NCBI GenBank assembly: GCA_963674865.2
Contig: CAXXYE010000008.1
Coordinates: forward strand, 564,516 to 628,515
DNA length: 64,000 nt
Direction: 5' to 3'
Source of the DNA: Candidatus Hydrogenedentota bacterium
GTDB taxonomy: Bacteria > Hydrogenedentota > Hydrogenedentia > Hydrogenedentales > SLHB01
In this document: positions 41,740-51,989 of the stretch, piece after piece
Layout: each line of letters starts with the position of its first letter
Position numbering within the stretch: the first letter of the stretch is position 1
The notes under the pieces: generated by a model
What the model was told of the DNA's origin: nothing
Database searches by the model: none
Seen by the model: only the letters and a program-made list of their open reading frames with translations
Program-made: the position numbers and the translations under genes

Positions 41740-41905
41740 CGCACATGCCGCGAATAGCTCGATAGAGGCGCAATCCATCATGAGCTATCTTGGAAAGTCT
41801 TCGCGGCCAAAGGGGTACCGAAATCAGGGGGGTGGACAAGATACACGATCCCCATTCCGCCGTACTTGATGGCAAAGATGCTGTAGCCCTGCGGTAGTTT
41901 ACAGC
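41740..41905 (-). pseudogene. Ser/Thr kinase N-lobe fragment
   Basis: Manual translation YSIFAIKYGGMGIVYLVHPPDFGTPLAAKTFQDSS* (Gly-loop and AxK). Confidence 0.55.
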
Positions 41906-42195
41906 CGCGTTATCACATCGTCTCTCCTTCGCTATCGTGCCTTTTCTTCACCATGTGTCTTCAAATACAGCGCGAACTCAGGAAGCAAGATAGATCGCCG
42001 GCACAACTTTTCCTTACGGTGACTGAGGCAGCGGGCAAACGTTCACATCCGGCCGTCGCTGGGAACAAGATTAGGCCAATTCGAAATCCCAGTGGAGATC
42101 CAAGTAGCGCTCAGTCAACGTGCATTTAGAAGCCAACTGCAGCCTTCGCGAGGCCATCCGAACAGCAGAGCGCATTAGAATCGGGCCGTGATTGC

Positions 42196-42408
42196 TCATC
42201 CCGCAGGCTCCAGGATTCCCCATGCCTGGAGGAGCTTCACCCACACAGGAAGAGTGACAATCATGAGAATGAGCAGTATCAGGGCACAACCAAGGAAACA
42301 CGACCAAGGAGGACCTTCGTTGCAGCCGTTAATGCACGCCCACGAACCACCATCTGTGTAGATCATTATGCCTCCGCAATGCGGACACTTTCCATAGTGA
42401 AATGTCAA
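42196..42408 (-). CDS. Small Zn-ribbon + TM hypothetical protein
   Basis: CPHCGG...CINGC followed by a hydrophobic helix. Confidence 0.4.
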   Translation of the reverse strand: MTFHYGKCPHCGGIMIYTDGGSWACINGCNEGPPWSCFLGCALILLILMIVTLPVWVKLLQAWGILEPAG

Positions 42409-42410
42409 AC

Positions 42411-43092
42411 CTACTCCCTTCCTTTCAGCACGTTTCTCTCGCAGGGAAACCGCGTGCCTGGGACCCCAGAGTGCACGGGAAGCGTACTCTCCTCTTTATG
42501 AGCGATGCAAGCAGATGCAAGGGGATGAGCGTCCAAGACAACATGCGAGGGATGCAGTCGCCCAAGCAAAGGGCCGATTTCGCGGTACGGCTTTCTATGC
42601 CTGTGTCTTGTCGGGATGTCCCCTGGGTTTGCGTGCCACTCCCGGCGCGCCTCGAACTGGCCCAAGCGCCGCTTTTCCCTTTTGAGGACGTCAACGACCC
42701 TTGGACAGCGCCTAATCGACTCGGGGAGCAGCAAGTCGCCTGTCAATTGTTCATCGAGTTCCTCGTCGGGCCCATATACGGCCAACGCCTTCTCATATCC
42801 TCAGCGTACGAACCCAAGGTCTGTTCCGCGAAGGATTCACAGCGAACACCAAATCCCAGGTCTCTGTAATAGGGGTGGGCTGCGTCGAAAAATCGCTCGG
42901 GCATCTCTTCAATCGTGCGGTCGTTTCGTTCGGCCGAGTCGCATAGTATTTCGCGCCCTTGAGGAGTCTTGACCTCCGTCTCTTCGGGTAAACCGTCAAG
43001 GTCTTGCATACCCAAGGAGAAGTCGCCGGTATTGCCCCTTTGCAAAACACGCACAACATGGGTAACGTAGGAGGGGGACAGTCAGTGAGCAT
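42411..43092 (-). pseudogene. Hypothetical gene split by two -1 frameshifts
   Basis: Three consecutive overlapping ORFs (ending at 43092, 43054 and 42785) in successive frames. Confidence 0.35.
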
Positions 43093-43151
43093 ATCTCACT
43101 GCAGCTGTTCGAGCTTCTGGGTTCTTGAGAATTGCGAAGATCGACCTTTGG

Positions 43152-43196
43152 CGGCCCATAGTCCAAGGGTCGCGGGTTCGAATCCGCCTCCGGTAA
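43152..43196 (+). pseudogene. Degenerate 3' half of a tRNA-Met(CAT)-like gene (att-like remnant)
   Basis: CCCATAG anticodon-loop-like segment, GGTCGCGGGTTCGAATCC T-arm; no D-arm or 5' acceptor strand. Confidence 0.55.
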
Positions 43197-43229
43197 GTTG
43201 GGGCTAGTATATGTTTAGGAGGACATCAC

Positions 43230-44531
43230 ATGCCAAGGCTCGTGAGCGTCTCTAAGTCTTTTGATGTGTGGATATTGGCGAAGTGTGAATGCTGTGCAAG
43301 GGAATTCGAATTCTGTGAGACAGTGGCTTGCAGCATTGGGGGGATCGGTCTGGAGTGGCAAATTCCCTCCGACAAGAAAGAGAGAGAGCGCAGACTGGAC
43401 GAGAGTCTACGAGACGAGTTTGCCAGACGTGTCACGTCATCCGATTGGGGCTTTCACCGGTGTCCCAACTGCTCCTTTGTGCAATCTTGGATGCAGGAGC
43501 TTTACTGGAAAAAAGTCGATACGGCGGGCTGCGGATACGGGCTTCTGGCTGCCATACTAGTTCTGGCCCTGATCGCGTTTCTGGCAGCTAGGGCAGGGCA
43601 CACGCCGATGGATGTACCATCATTTATTCCAATCCCAGAGGAAGCTATGGGTGGTCTGGGAGAGGTCATGTCAGAGAGCCTGTCGTTTGTTCTTCCTATA
43701 CTAGGATTTATCGGTCTCTGTTGTTTCGGGGGGAGAATTGTAGCACGCGCGCTAGCGGCGCATGCCTTGAGCGAACGCTATGGAGACATCTCTCAGGCCC
43801 CAAAGATGCCGCCCTTGGACGTGGCTCTGAAACCTCATTTCCAGAGTTCCTGTAAACAACCGGATCAACATTGGGAGGGCCTTCCTTTCGGCCTCGCGGT
43901 CATGGTTATCGTATTGGCTGTCATTGCAGCGGCAGAGATGGCAAGCAGGCCTAGCGGCGAGGTAGTGTCCGTACCCAATGAGGTAACGTCCCCGCAGGAA
44001 ACGCCGGCAGTTGATGCACCGATACCGACTGTCATCGAAAACCCACCGGATAGTCCTTCGACGGATAGCCAGCAGGAGCACAGGAAAGGGCTGCTGTTTT
44101 TCCCAACAGACAGAATAGGCCTAGTCTACACGCGGACGTACGAACCAGAGAACTCAACCGGTGTATGGAAGTTTCTGCAGCAAGGCCAGGGCCTTGTCAC
44201 TGTGGCAGCCGGCAAGGAAAGTCGCCTTGTGCTCAACGAATCGGATGCCAAACGACTGGGCCTCTTATCGAACTGCCTGCTTGAGGGACTTACCAGCATC
44301 GTCCTTAGTAGCCTGGCGCTTAATAACGATATCTGGAACAGCACTACGAAGATTCACTCCCTTCGCGAGTTGGTCATTCGGGACTGCACCCCAACAGAAG
44401 ATACTTTGGACAAACTGGCTGAATTCAAGAATCTCAAGTCCCTATCCATAAGGGGAGTCGGCTTAGAAAGCAATGCCGAGACCTTTCTAAAGGAGAACTT
44501 GCCCGGCTGCGAGGTCTTCATTTCGCCCTAG
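43230..44531 (+). CDS. Hypothetical membrane protein, N-terminal CxxC motifs, C-terminal LRR-like region
   Basis: AGGAGG RBS; 3 TM; LxxLxL repeats ending LPGCEV. Confidence 0.7.
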   Translation: MPRLVSVSKSFDVWILAKCECCAREFEFCETVACSIGGIGLEWQIPSDKKERERRLDESLRDEFARRVTSSDWGFHRCPNCSFVQSWMQELYWKKVDTAGCGYGLLAAILVLALIAFLAARAGHTPMDVPSFIPIPEEAMGGLGEVMSESLSFVLPILGFIGLCCFGGRIVARALAAHALSERYGDISQAPKMPPLDVALKPHFQSSCKQPDQHWEGLPFGLAVMVIVLAVIAAAEMASRPSGEVVSVPNEVTSPQETPAVDAPIPTVIENPPDSPSTDSQQEHRKGLLFFPTDRIGLVYTRTYEPENSTGVWKFLQQGQGLVTVAAGKESRLVLNESDAKRLGLLSNCLLEGLTSIVLSSLALNNDIWNSTTKIHSLRELVIRDCTPTEDTLDKLAEFKNLKSLSIRGVGLESNAETFLKENLPGCEVFISP

Positions 44532-44813
44532 GACGATACATATAGCACTGGTGTAGGCGAACGCTCGTACTGCGCTACTTGACTTGCGTAACATGTTGAG
44601 GCCTGCAGGTGGGGATGAAGGGCTTCAGCTTGCCCTGGTTCAGCGAAAATTGGACAATCGGCCTTTCTCGCTTGGCCCCGTGCCTCCCGGGATTCTGCCC
44701 TTCGCGCGGGCGTGTTCCAAGGCATGGCTGGTCTGTCAATCCGATGCTTGTGCAGTTGGGATGGGTCGTCAATTGCCTATCCTATCCCGTGGCGCATCGG
44801 CTCGATGAGCCGG

Positions 44814-45187
44814 ACCTGGGCGTTTTTCCGCCCGGCCGAGGAGGCGACGCTCGCACGCGCCTTGAAGGCCGCCAAGGCCGACAGCGACGCCGTCTACGCC
44901 GAGCGGGTGGTATTCCTCCAACAGGGCCTTGCCCATGCCAAGCAATGCGTGGCAACAGCGGGCGTCGTCAACGATCCGGACACGTCGATGGCGGAGAAGA
45001 AGGCCGCTATCGCGGAATTGGCGGCGCTGCGGCGCAGCCTCGAGCACACCAACATCGCCAATATGGACCGCGCGGCCATCATCGAGGCCGACAGTTGGAA
45101 GGACATTCCCGACTTGTTCGAGCCGTAGCCCGCGCGTTCAGGCCCGCGGGAAACGCGGTATCGGCGTTGACTCCATCGGCGGGGAAG
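44814..45187 (+). repeat. Diverged duplicate of the 3' ~310 bp of the DUF4838 gene plus ~55 bp downstream (40253-40620)
   Basis: Encodes the near-identical C-terminus ...AERVVFLQQG...WKDIPDLFEP*. Confidence 0.95.
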
Positions 45188-45405
45188 GCCTGGGCTCCCT
45201 CCCGGGATTGTGCCTCCTTGAATCAAGTATTGTGTCCTTGAGATTCCCGTCGAGCGTTCCAAAGGCGTGACGCAATTCCCTCCTCCGGCTTGCGAGACAA
45301 TTGGAGCCTTAGGCAGTTGGATTGACATACGAAAGAACAGGCGATAGGCTGATTGCCCTGTCGAAATGCGTGTAAGAACATGACGCCAAAGTCGGGGAGG
45401 CCCCT

Positions 45406-46110
45406 ATGCGTGGGGGAGACAATCATTTGCGTGTCCGTACTATAGCAATCTTTGCAGGTGCTCTTGTTCTGGCAACCTTGGTTGCTGCCTTTTTGGCCAC
45501 TAGGAATCATCCGCAGCTATTACGAGAGGAAATCACGCGCCAATTCTGGGATGCTGTCCACAACGGGAGAATCGAAAGCGTCCGTGAACTCCTGGAACGC
45601 GAGCCATCGCTGAGTCAGGCCCGGCTACCCGAGAGTGATTGGACATCGCTTCATGTCGCAGCGAAGAGCGGCAGCACAGGTTTGGTCGATGTACTGATGG
45701 CGCACGGAGCAGACGTAAATGCCAAGACCACGCTCGGAGAGACGCCGCTCTCGGTCGCCATCAAGTCCCGGCAGGTTGGTTGCGTGGCTGCGCTGCTTGC
45801 AGGCGGCGCCGATTACACCATCCGGGACGAGTCCATGGAGCACCCATTTCTTCCTATAGATGTTGTTTGGCGTCAGTATAGGCCGCTAACGCTTGCGTTT
45901 CTGGCCAACGGCGTAGACATTGAGACAAAAGACGAGCGGGGATACACGATGCTGCGTGAGGCCGCGGACAGGCAGCACATCCCTACCATGCGCGTCTTGT
46001 TGGAGTTCGGTGCCGACCCCCAAGCCTTCGCTAACGGGATGACGGCTCGAGAGAGGGTACGACAATGGGGGGATGAGGAAGCGATGCAGCTTTTTGGAAT
46101 CGAGAGGTGA
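45406..46110 (+). CDS. Ankyrin repeat protein with N-terminal TM/signal
   Basis: WTSLHVAA, GADVNAK, GETPLSVA and GADP. Confidence 0.9.
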   Translation: MRGGDNHLRVRTIAIFAGALVLATLVAAFLATRNHPQLLREEITRQFWDAVHNGRIESVRELLEREPSLSQARLPESDWTSLHVAAKSGSTGLVDVLMAHGADVNAKTTLGETPLSVAIKSRQVGCVAALLAGGADYTIRDESMEHPFLPIDVVWRQYRPLTLAFLANGVDIETKDERGYTMLREAADRQHIPTMRVLLEFGADPQAFANGMTARERVRQWGDEEAMQLFGIER

Positions 46111-46256
46111 ACGGGCAGAAAGTCACGCACACCGCCTTTTTCCGCCTCGCGGCAAACACGGTATCGGAGTCGGCGCCATCGGCACGAGGAGGAGACGTAA
46201 CCGGCCAAATAGCATCACCCGGAGGGGGCCGGGCGGCCCCCTCTAAGGAGGCCAAG

Positions 46257-46814
46257 ATGATCTGCAAGGACTGTGGGAACGCCGTCTGTGATGAGGGGCC
46301 GCTGCCTGAGGATCGGGAGCCCTGTCCTCAGTGTGGCTCGACTCGGAGAGTACTTGACGCAAAGGGAGCTCCAGAGATGCCGCCCTTCAAAATGGATAGC
46401 TCATCAGCGACACCTCAGAGCTACCTGGGTGCTTGCGGAAGCATCACAGGAGCCATTGGAGTGCTTGCGGAAGCAGACGCGGCATGCAACCTACCAATAG
46501 GCCTCCTTGGCGCACACTGTCTCGAACTGTCTCTGAAGGCCTTCTTGTTGAGCCGCGGGACCACTGAGGATGGCCTTAAGAAGATCTGACACGACTTGCT
46601 CAGATGTTGGAAAGAGGCAGCCGCCGAAGGCCTGCCCTTGGACGAATCCCCGCCACACTGGTGCAAGCTATTTCATGCTTATCACAAGAAGCCGTACTTG
46701 CGTTATCCACCGAGCAATACTGGCCTGGTTCTCCCTTCTCCAGAAGAGATTCTGAAGGGACTGAAGACCGTGATCTCTTTGGTTAAGAGGAGTATTGCCA
46801 ACGGAGGGACATGA
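46257..46814 (+). pseudogene. Zn-ribbon + HEPN domain gene with in-frame TGA
   Basis: HCLELSLKAFLL...KKI*HDL (GHDL expected) ...LRYP; AGGAGG RBS. Confidence 0.7.
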
Positions 46815-46938
46815 TTGAGAGGACGCGGTGCTCCATGCAAGCCACGCGATCCCGGAATTGCGCCTTTCCCGGCCCGTCTATTCCTGACAACATGGGAGAC
46901 GACTTGATGAAAAAGTATCACTTTAGTATCATTTTCTT

Positions 46939-47196
46939 ATGAAGACGGAATTGGTAACAACGCTGAAGAGGCAGGCGACGCGGCTTCTGGCCGACCTGCG
47001 CGATTCGGGGGAGCCGGTTCTCATCACGGAACACGGCAAGCCCGCGGCTTATCTGGTTGACGTGGACTCGTATGAGTTCATGCAGCACAGGATAGAGATC
47101 CTTGAGGGGATTTCGCGCGGGGAACGCGCCATACTTGAGAACCGCACTTTCTCGCAGGCTGAGGCCAGGGAAAAGATGAAGAAATGGCTCGTCTGA
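46939..47196 (+). CDS. Phd/YefM family antitoxin
   Basis: TTLKRQATRLL...EPVLITEHGKPAAYLV. Confidence 0.9.
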   Translation: MKTELVTTLKRQATRLLADLRDSGEPVLITEHGKPAAYLVDVDSYEFMQHRIEILEGISRGERAILENRTFSQAEAREKMKKWLV

Positions 47197-47519
47197 CCTG
47201 GACCGAGCCCGCGCTGGCCGATCTGGATCAGATCGCTGAGTACATTGCTCTTGACAATCCGCGGGCGGCGTCTCGTTTCGTCCGCAAAGCGCTTGAGAGG
47301 GTCGAGCGCCTCGAGGTGCATCCCAAGTCGGGGAAGCGGCCCGCCGAACTGACTGGCACGCACTACAGAGAGGTCGTCGTCGCGCCTTGCCGGGTGTTCT
47401 ACCGGATCGAGGAAGATGACGCGTATATCCTGTACGTCATGCGTTCCGAGCAACTGTTGCGTCCGTATCTGCTTCAGCGGCGTGAGGACGACGAGTCGAG
47501 TTTCTCATCGGCCGACTAG
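47184..47519 (+). CDS. RelE/ParE family toxin
   Basis: WTEPALADLDQIAEYIALDNPRAA...HPKSG...YRE...RVFYR; overlaps the antitoxin. Confidence 0.9.
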   Translation: MARLTWTEPALADLDQIAEYIALDNPRAASRFVRKALERVERLEVHPKSGKRPAELTGTHYREVVVAPCRVFYRIEEDDAYILYVMRSEQLLRPYLLQRREDDESSFSSAD

Positions 47520-47597
47520 TTGACCTCCTCTTCCAAGCTACTGCAATCCTCACGGTCTGCTCAATACATCGCGAAGAGTACGGCGAAGCCGCCTGGC

Positions 47598-47725
47598 ATC
47601 CTCCGCCCCTTGCCGGTTCCGGCCCTCGCAATGGGTGGTACGCTGAGGCCAACGCCGCGCGTTTGATTCAACATCCGGCTTCTGATTAACTCACGAGGGG
47701 CCATCGTCATTACCATAGCGGTGAG
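47598..47725 (+). promoter_or_regulatory. Conserved upstream block, copy 2
   Basis: GTTTGATTCAACATCCGGCTTCTGATTAACTCA differs at one base from 38481-38513. Confidence 0.6.
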
Positions 47726-47779
47726 GCTGCTGACATCGTTCCGTATGCCTATGGGGCCGCTAACTACTTGGGAGCATTC

Positions 47780-49774
47780 ATGATGCGCTTCAGACTTCTG
47801 GCCGCGGCGGCGGCGATCATACTTTCGTTCACGGCTCTTGCCCAAGCCGGGCCAAGCGAATTCCGCGACATCTATCCCGACACGTGGGTCGCCACGGACG
47901 CGCTGGGGCGCACCATGCCTACCACCGACGAGGTCGGGCCGGTGAAGACGGGCCGGCGTCGCGTGACGGGCATCTTCTACATCACTTGGCACGACGACAA
48001 TAAGGCAAACCTGAAAAGCCCCTTCATGGCCGATGTGACGAAGATCCTCGAGGCCGATCCCACGGCACGACTCGACGCAGAGCATCCGCTCTGGACGGAA
48101 GGCTCGTACTTCTGGGGCGAGCCGGAAGTGGGTTATTTCCTGAGTCGCGACGCCTACGTCGCGCGGAGGGACATGTCCGCGCTGGCCGACGCGGGCGTCG
48201 ACGTGCTGGTGATGGACGTGACGAACGCCGTGCGCTATTGGGACGAGTGGGAGGTCGTCTTCTCCGTCATGCAGCAAATGCGCGCGGAGGGCAACAAGAC
48301 GCCGAGTTTCTGTTTCTGGGCGTTCAACGGCCCGGTGATGACGGTAGTCCAGGACTTGTACGACCGCATCTACGCCCAGGAGAAGTACAAAGACCTGTGG
48401 TTCTACTGGGACGGCAAACCGCTGCTGCTTTACAACGGCAATCCGAGCGTCGATGCCAACGGCAAGGGCGTGCAGAATCCCAATCCACACTACGAGGCCG
48501 CGGCGGCCGCCGACGCGAATCATCCGCACCACGGCGACCCGCGCTACACCCAGGAGTTCCTGACGGACTACAGTCAGGAGGTGAAGGACTTCTTCACGCT
48601 TCGCACGATGTGGTGGGGCTACTACCAATGGGCCGGCGAACGCTTCATCGGCACGGAAGACAACTGGAGCTTCGGCTACGACATGGGCGACGAGCGCGTC
48701 CAGGCCATGGACATCAAGGACTTGGTGTCGACGCATGGCGGGGCCCGCGAAGAGGCCGCCGTGACGCCGGCGCAGCATCCCGCAAGTCTCATCGGCAAGT
48801 CCTGGACGGCCAAGAACGGCGAGCCGGAACTCAACGAGTATGATCTCCCCGTGCCCACGTACGTGCCATGGCTCGGTAAGACGGTCGAGCATCCCGAAGG
48901 CTACGGCATCTATTTCCAGGAACGCTGGGACGCGGCCCTGGCGGCCGATCCGCAGTTCCTCTACATAAACGACTGGAACGAATGGACCGCCGGCAAGTAC
49001 CATCCCAAGGAAGGCGGCACCTACGACTTCTTGCGGCGCAAGGCCACTTATCGCTTCATCGATCAGTACAACGCCGAGTTCAACCGCGGCATCCAGCCCA
49101 TGAAGGGCGGCTACACCGACAATTACTACATGCAGATGGCGCAGAATATCCGCCGCTACAAAGGCGTGCGGCCCATTCCCGAGATGGAAGGGCCCGTGGC
49201 GATCGCCATAGACGGCGACTTCGCGGATTGGGATGCCGTCGAGGTTGAGTACCGTGACACGCGAGGCGACACGGCCCATCGCGACTATCCAGGTTATGGC
49301 GGGCTGCACTACACGAACACGAGTGGCCGCAACGACATCCTCACCTGCAAAGTCGGCGTGGGACGGGAGACGGTAAGTTTCTACGCCGAAACGGCCGCGC
49401 CGCTGACACCGCACACCGGCTCGAATTGGATGCTGCTGCTCATCGACGCCGACAAAGACAGCGCCACGGGCTGGCACGGCTACGATTTCCTTGTCAACAA
49501 GCGCGTCGTCGACGAACGGCACACGACCTTGATGGCGTATGAATCGGGCGCGTGGGTCGAACGGACGACGATTCCCTATGCTTCGAGAGAGAATAAGCTC
49601 GAATTGGCAATCCCCCGCGCCTTACTCGGCTTGGAAGGCGACGCCCTCGCCTTCGACTTCCACTGGGCCGACAACCCCGCCGAACTGGAATCACCCATCT
49701 CGCTCTGCACTGACGGCGACAGCGCCCCCAACCGCCGCTTCAATTACCGCTGCCTCTGGAAGGAAGGCGGCTGA
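47780..49774 (+). CDS. Secreted putative glycoside hydrolase (GH71/99-like barrel)
   Basis: DTWVATDALGR, WGEPEVGY, DAGVDVLVMDVTN, WDGKPLL and NDWNEW. Confidence 0.7.
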   Translation: MMRFRLLAAAAAIILSFTALAQAGPSEFRDIYPDTWVATDALGRTMPTTDEVGPVKTGRRRVTGIFYITWHDDNKANLKSPFMADVTKILEADPTARLDAEHPLWTEGSYFWGEPEVGYFLSRDAYVARRDMSALADAGVDVLVMDVTNAVRYWDEWEVVFSVMQQMRAEGNKTPSFCFWAFNGPVMTVVQDLYDRIYAQEKYKDLWFYWDGKPLLLYNGNPSVDANGKGVQNPNPHYEAAAAADANHPHHGDPRYTQEFLTDYSQEVKDFFTLRTMWWGYYQWAGERFIGTEDNWSFGYDMGDERVQAMDIKDLVSTHGGAREEAAVTPAQHPASLIGKSWTAKNGEPELNEYDLPVPTYVPWLGKTVEHPEGYGIYFQERWDAALAADPQFLYINDWNEWTAGKYHPKEGGTYDFLRRKATYRFIDQYNAEFNRGIQPMKGGYTDNYYMQMAQNIRRYKGVRPIPEMEGPVAIAIDGDFADWDAVEVEYRDTRGDTAHRDYPGYGGLHYTNTSGRNDILTCKVGVGRETVSFYAETAAPLTPHTGSNWMLLLIDADKDSATGWHGYDFLVNKRVVDERHTTLMAYESGAWVERTTIPYASRENKLELAIPRALLGLEGDALAFDFHWADNPAELESPISLCTDGDSAPNRRFNYRCLWKEGG

Positions 49775-49920
49775 GGCAGGGCGATGCGGGCAGCCATAAT
49801 AGGGGACAGTGTGGCTGTTGAAAATGTCGCATTCGCTCCAGAGGTTAAGCGAAAGACCGGGACTGTCCCAGGTCCCTTCGCGGCCTACGTGCAGCAACTC
49901 CGGACTTTTTCAACGGCTCC

Positions 49921-50250
49921 ACAGTAACCGTTTATAGAAAACGAGTGCGGCGCTAATCGGCTGGCGTGTCCGCGCCCTTCCCATCGGCCGTACGCGCATC
50001 CGTGGCAAAGACAGGGAGGGACGTGCTCCTGCACGTCCTGGTCGCGCGGGAGCGCGACCCTCCCCGCGTTGTCCTGCGTCCCAAGCACGTGCGCCGGAGG
50101 CAGGCAAGATGCCTGCGCTACCATCTCCGGCGCGCTGGCCGTTTGCCAAGAGCCGCTTGCCAAAGTCCCGAGAAGGGCCCTATTGTGGCGCAGGCTTCCA
50201 GCCCGCATATTCCCGCGATTGGCGCGAAACCTGCCCGGCTTACGTGCGGG
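49921..50250 (+). repeat. REP/RAYT-derived composite repeat, copy 2
   Basis: 49958-50080 is nearly identical to 52130-52250; ACAGTAACCGTTTAT is shared with 51941. Confidence 0.8.
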
Positions 50251-50308
50251 TTTCGGCGCGTCAACGCCGCCTAAAACTTTCCCGTGTTGAAGAATAGCGG
50301 CCTTTTCC

Positions 50309-50441
50309 GCAACACCTGTTATCCCAACAACCGGCTCTCGACATATTCGTCGAGGTCGCGCCGCCGGAAGATTACGCTGCTGCGGTCGGTATTACCGGAT
50401 TTCGCGCGTTTCACTTTCCCGGCGCTGGTGAGGGAATCCAG
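50309..50441 (-). repeat. Duplicate 3' fragment of an excisionase-like HTH gene (copy of 51779-51910)
   Basis: Encodes LDSLTSAGKVKRAKSGNTDRSSVIFRRRDLDEYVESRLLG*. Confidence 0.8.
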
Positions 50442-50455
50442 ATAGAACCGTTTTT

Positions 50456-51232
50456 TCAGGGGGCCAGCATTTCACCCAGATAGCGGTTGATGCGGTCGCG
50501 GTTTGCGCCGAGACTGGAGAACTGTTTTTCGCAGACGTCGCTGAAGCGGGCAAGGACTTTGCGGTTGATGGCTTCCTGGTCTTCGAAGATACCGATAGAG
50601 CGCTGGGGGATGCCCCATTTCTCGAACTGGAGCAGGGCAATAGTAGTGTCGCGGACACGGTCGTCATTTGGCAGGGCGAAGACGCAGAGGGGGCGGTCCA
50701 TGCCGTTAATCCTGCAGTCAACGGTATACATGGACCGTGGGTCGTGTTCCGGTTCGTTCCAGTCGAAGGTGCGCCGGTTTTCCGGGACCAATGCTTCCAT
50801 CATGGCGCGGAAATCGTCCACGAAGGTGGAGCGCACCCGTTCACGGGTCAGGAAAGAGACATCGGTGATTTTCAGCAGGGCTTGAATGAAGGAGTAGAGC
50901 GCATCACCGAAGCGACCTTCTTCGATACGGAGCCGGAGTTCGCCATTGCAATCGTCAACCCGGAACATGGAAAGCGTGTTGGTGATAACCTTCTGGCGTG
51001 TGCCTCTCTGGAGGTCTTTTTCATCCACATCATAGGTCAGGTGCATGTACGTGTGGCCCTCATCCGACAGGACCCATGCGCCGTTTTCCTGTTTCAACAC
51101 AATGGAAAGGTGATCGCCATCCTCGAAGAGGAAGGAGGTAAAGACGCGGAAGCGTTCCATCCCTTCACTGGCAAGGCGTATCTTCCTGCCGACCTTGTCC
51201 CTGAAATCACGCTCTATGGTCTCCGGGGTCAT
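50456..51232 (-). CDS. DUF1828 domain protein
   Basis: [16 protein letters not shown]...[20 protein letters not shown]-terminal VDC..ING (possible PD-(D/E)XK-like). Confidence 0.8.
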   Translation of the reverse strand: MTPETIERDFRDKVGRKIRLASEGMERFRVFTSFLFEDGDHLSIVLKQENGAWVLSDEGHTYMHLTYDVDEKDLQRGTRQKVITNTLSMFRVDDCNGELRLRIEEGRFGDALYSFIQALLKITDVSFLTRERVRSTFVDDFRAMMEALVPENRRTFDWNEPEHDPRSMYTVDCRINGMDRPLCVFALPNDDRVRDTTIALLQFEKWGIPQRSIGIFEDQEAINRKVLARFSDVCEKQFSSLGANRDRINRYLGEMLAP

Positions 51233-51717
51233 TGAGTAAAACCTCCGAAGAGCTCCCGCTGTGCCTGCTGCGGGAACTCAAATCCGCAATCTTCAAACAT
51301 GCAGCCCAGGGCTTCGTGAAAATCCCCGTACCGGTCCGTTACTTCCGCGAAGGCATCTTCGCGGAAACCGCTCTCTTGATACCGCTCCGTGGCCTCGTGA
51401 ATATGAAAATCGTAAAAGGTGTTGCCTTCAATCTGATTCGTATGTTCGCCGTGTTTTCCATTATACCGCCGGAGCCGGAATAACTGGCTGGAATTTTCCG
51501 GTATCACGGCAAGGATAATCGAAAAGTCCAGGGAGTTGAACAGGCTCTGCCGCAGAAAAAGGCGGTACCGGGTTCCTTCTGCACCGGTGATATCCAGTTC
51601 GCGTTCCCTGTGCCCGCGTTTATCGCGCAGCTGTACAAGGGAACGGTACTTTTCCGGCAACGCTTTCCGCTCCTCAATCATCCGGGCTATTTCCATATCG
51701 GAATATTTCGCGGCCAT
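51229..51717 (-). CDS. Hypothetical protein (DUF6978-like, HTN...HIH motif)
   Basis: [13 protein letters not shown]...[14 protein letters not shown]-coupled to DUF1828. Confidence 0.6.
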   Translation of the reverse strand: MAAKYSDMEIARMIEERKALPEKYRSLVQLRDKRGHRERELDITGAEGTRYRLFLRQSLFNSLDFSIILAVIPENSSQLFRLRRYNGKHGEHTNQIEGNTFYDFHIHEATERYQESGFREDAFAEVTDRYGDFHEALGCMFEDCGFEFPQQAQRELFGGFTQ

Positions 51718-51778
51718 ATGCGGTGCCTTAAACTGATTTTCAGTTCGGGTTTTATTTTCACAGACTGCCTGCCGGAAT

Positions 51779-51910
51779 GCAACACTGTTACCCCAGTAAC
51801 CGGCTTTCGACATATTCGTCGAGGTCGTGCCGCCGGAAGATGACGCTGCTGCGGTCGGCATTGCCGAGTTTCGCGCGTTTCACTTTCCCGGCGCTGATAA
51901 GGGAAGCCAG
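51779..51910 (-). pseudogene. 3' fragment of an excisionase-like HTH gene
   Basis: Encodes LASLISAGKVKRAKLGNADRSSVIFRRHDLDEYVESRLLG*; 5' part absent. Confidence 0.55.
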
Positions 51911-51989
51911 TTATCGGGACTAATAGGGGGCTAATAGGTGACAGTAACCGTTTATTTGCATTTCGGGGGATTCATCGTAAGCTGTATCC

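Noticed and set aside
43152..43196. Functional tRNA gene
   Set aside because: The 5' half is missing and the stems are degenerate
40253..45187. DGR template/variable repeat pair
   Set aside because: No reverse transcriptase in the window, and mismatches are not adenine-specific
46587..46589. Selenocysteine or genetic-code recoding of TGA
   Set aside because: The position corresponds to Gly rather than Cys, and TGA is a normal stop in many other genes here
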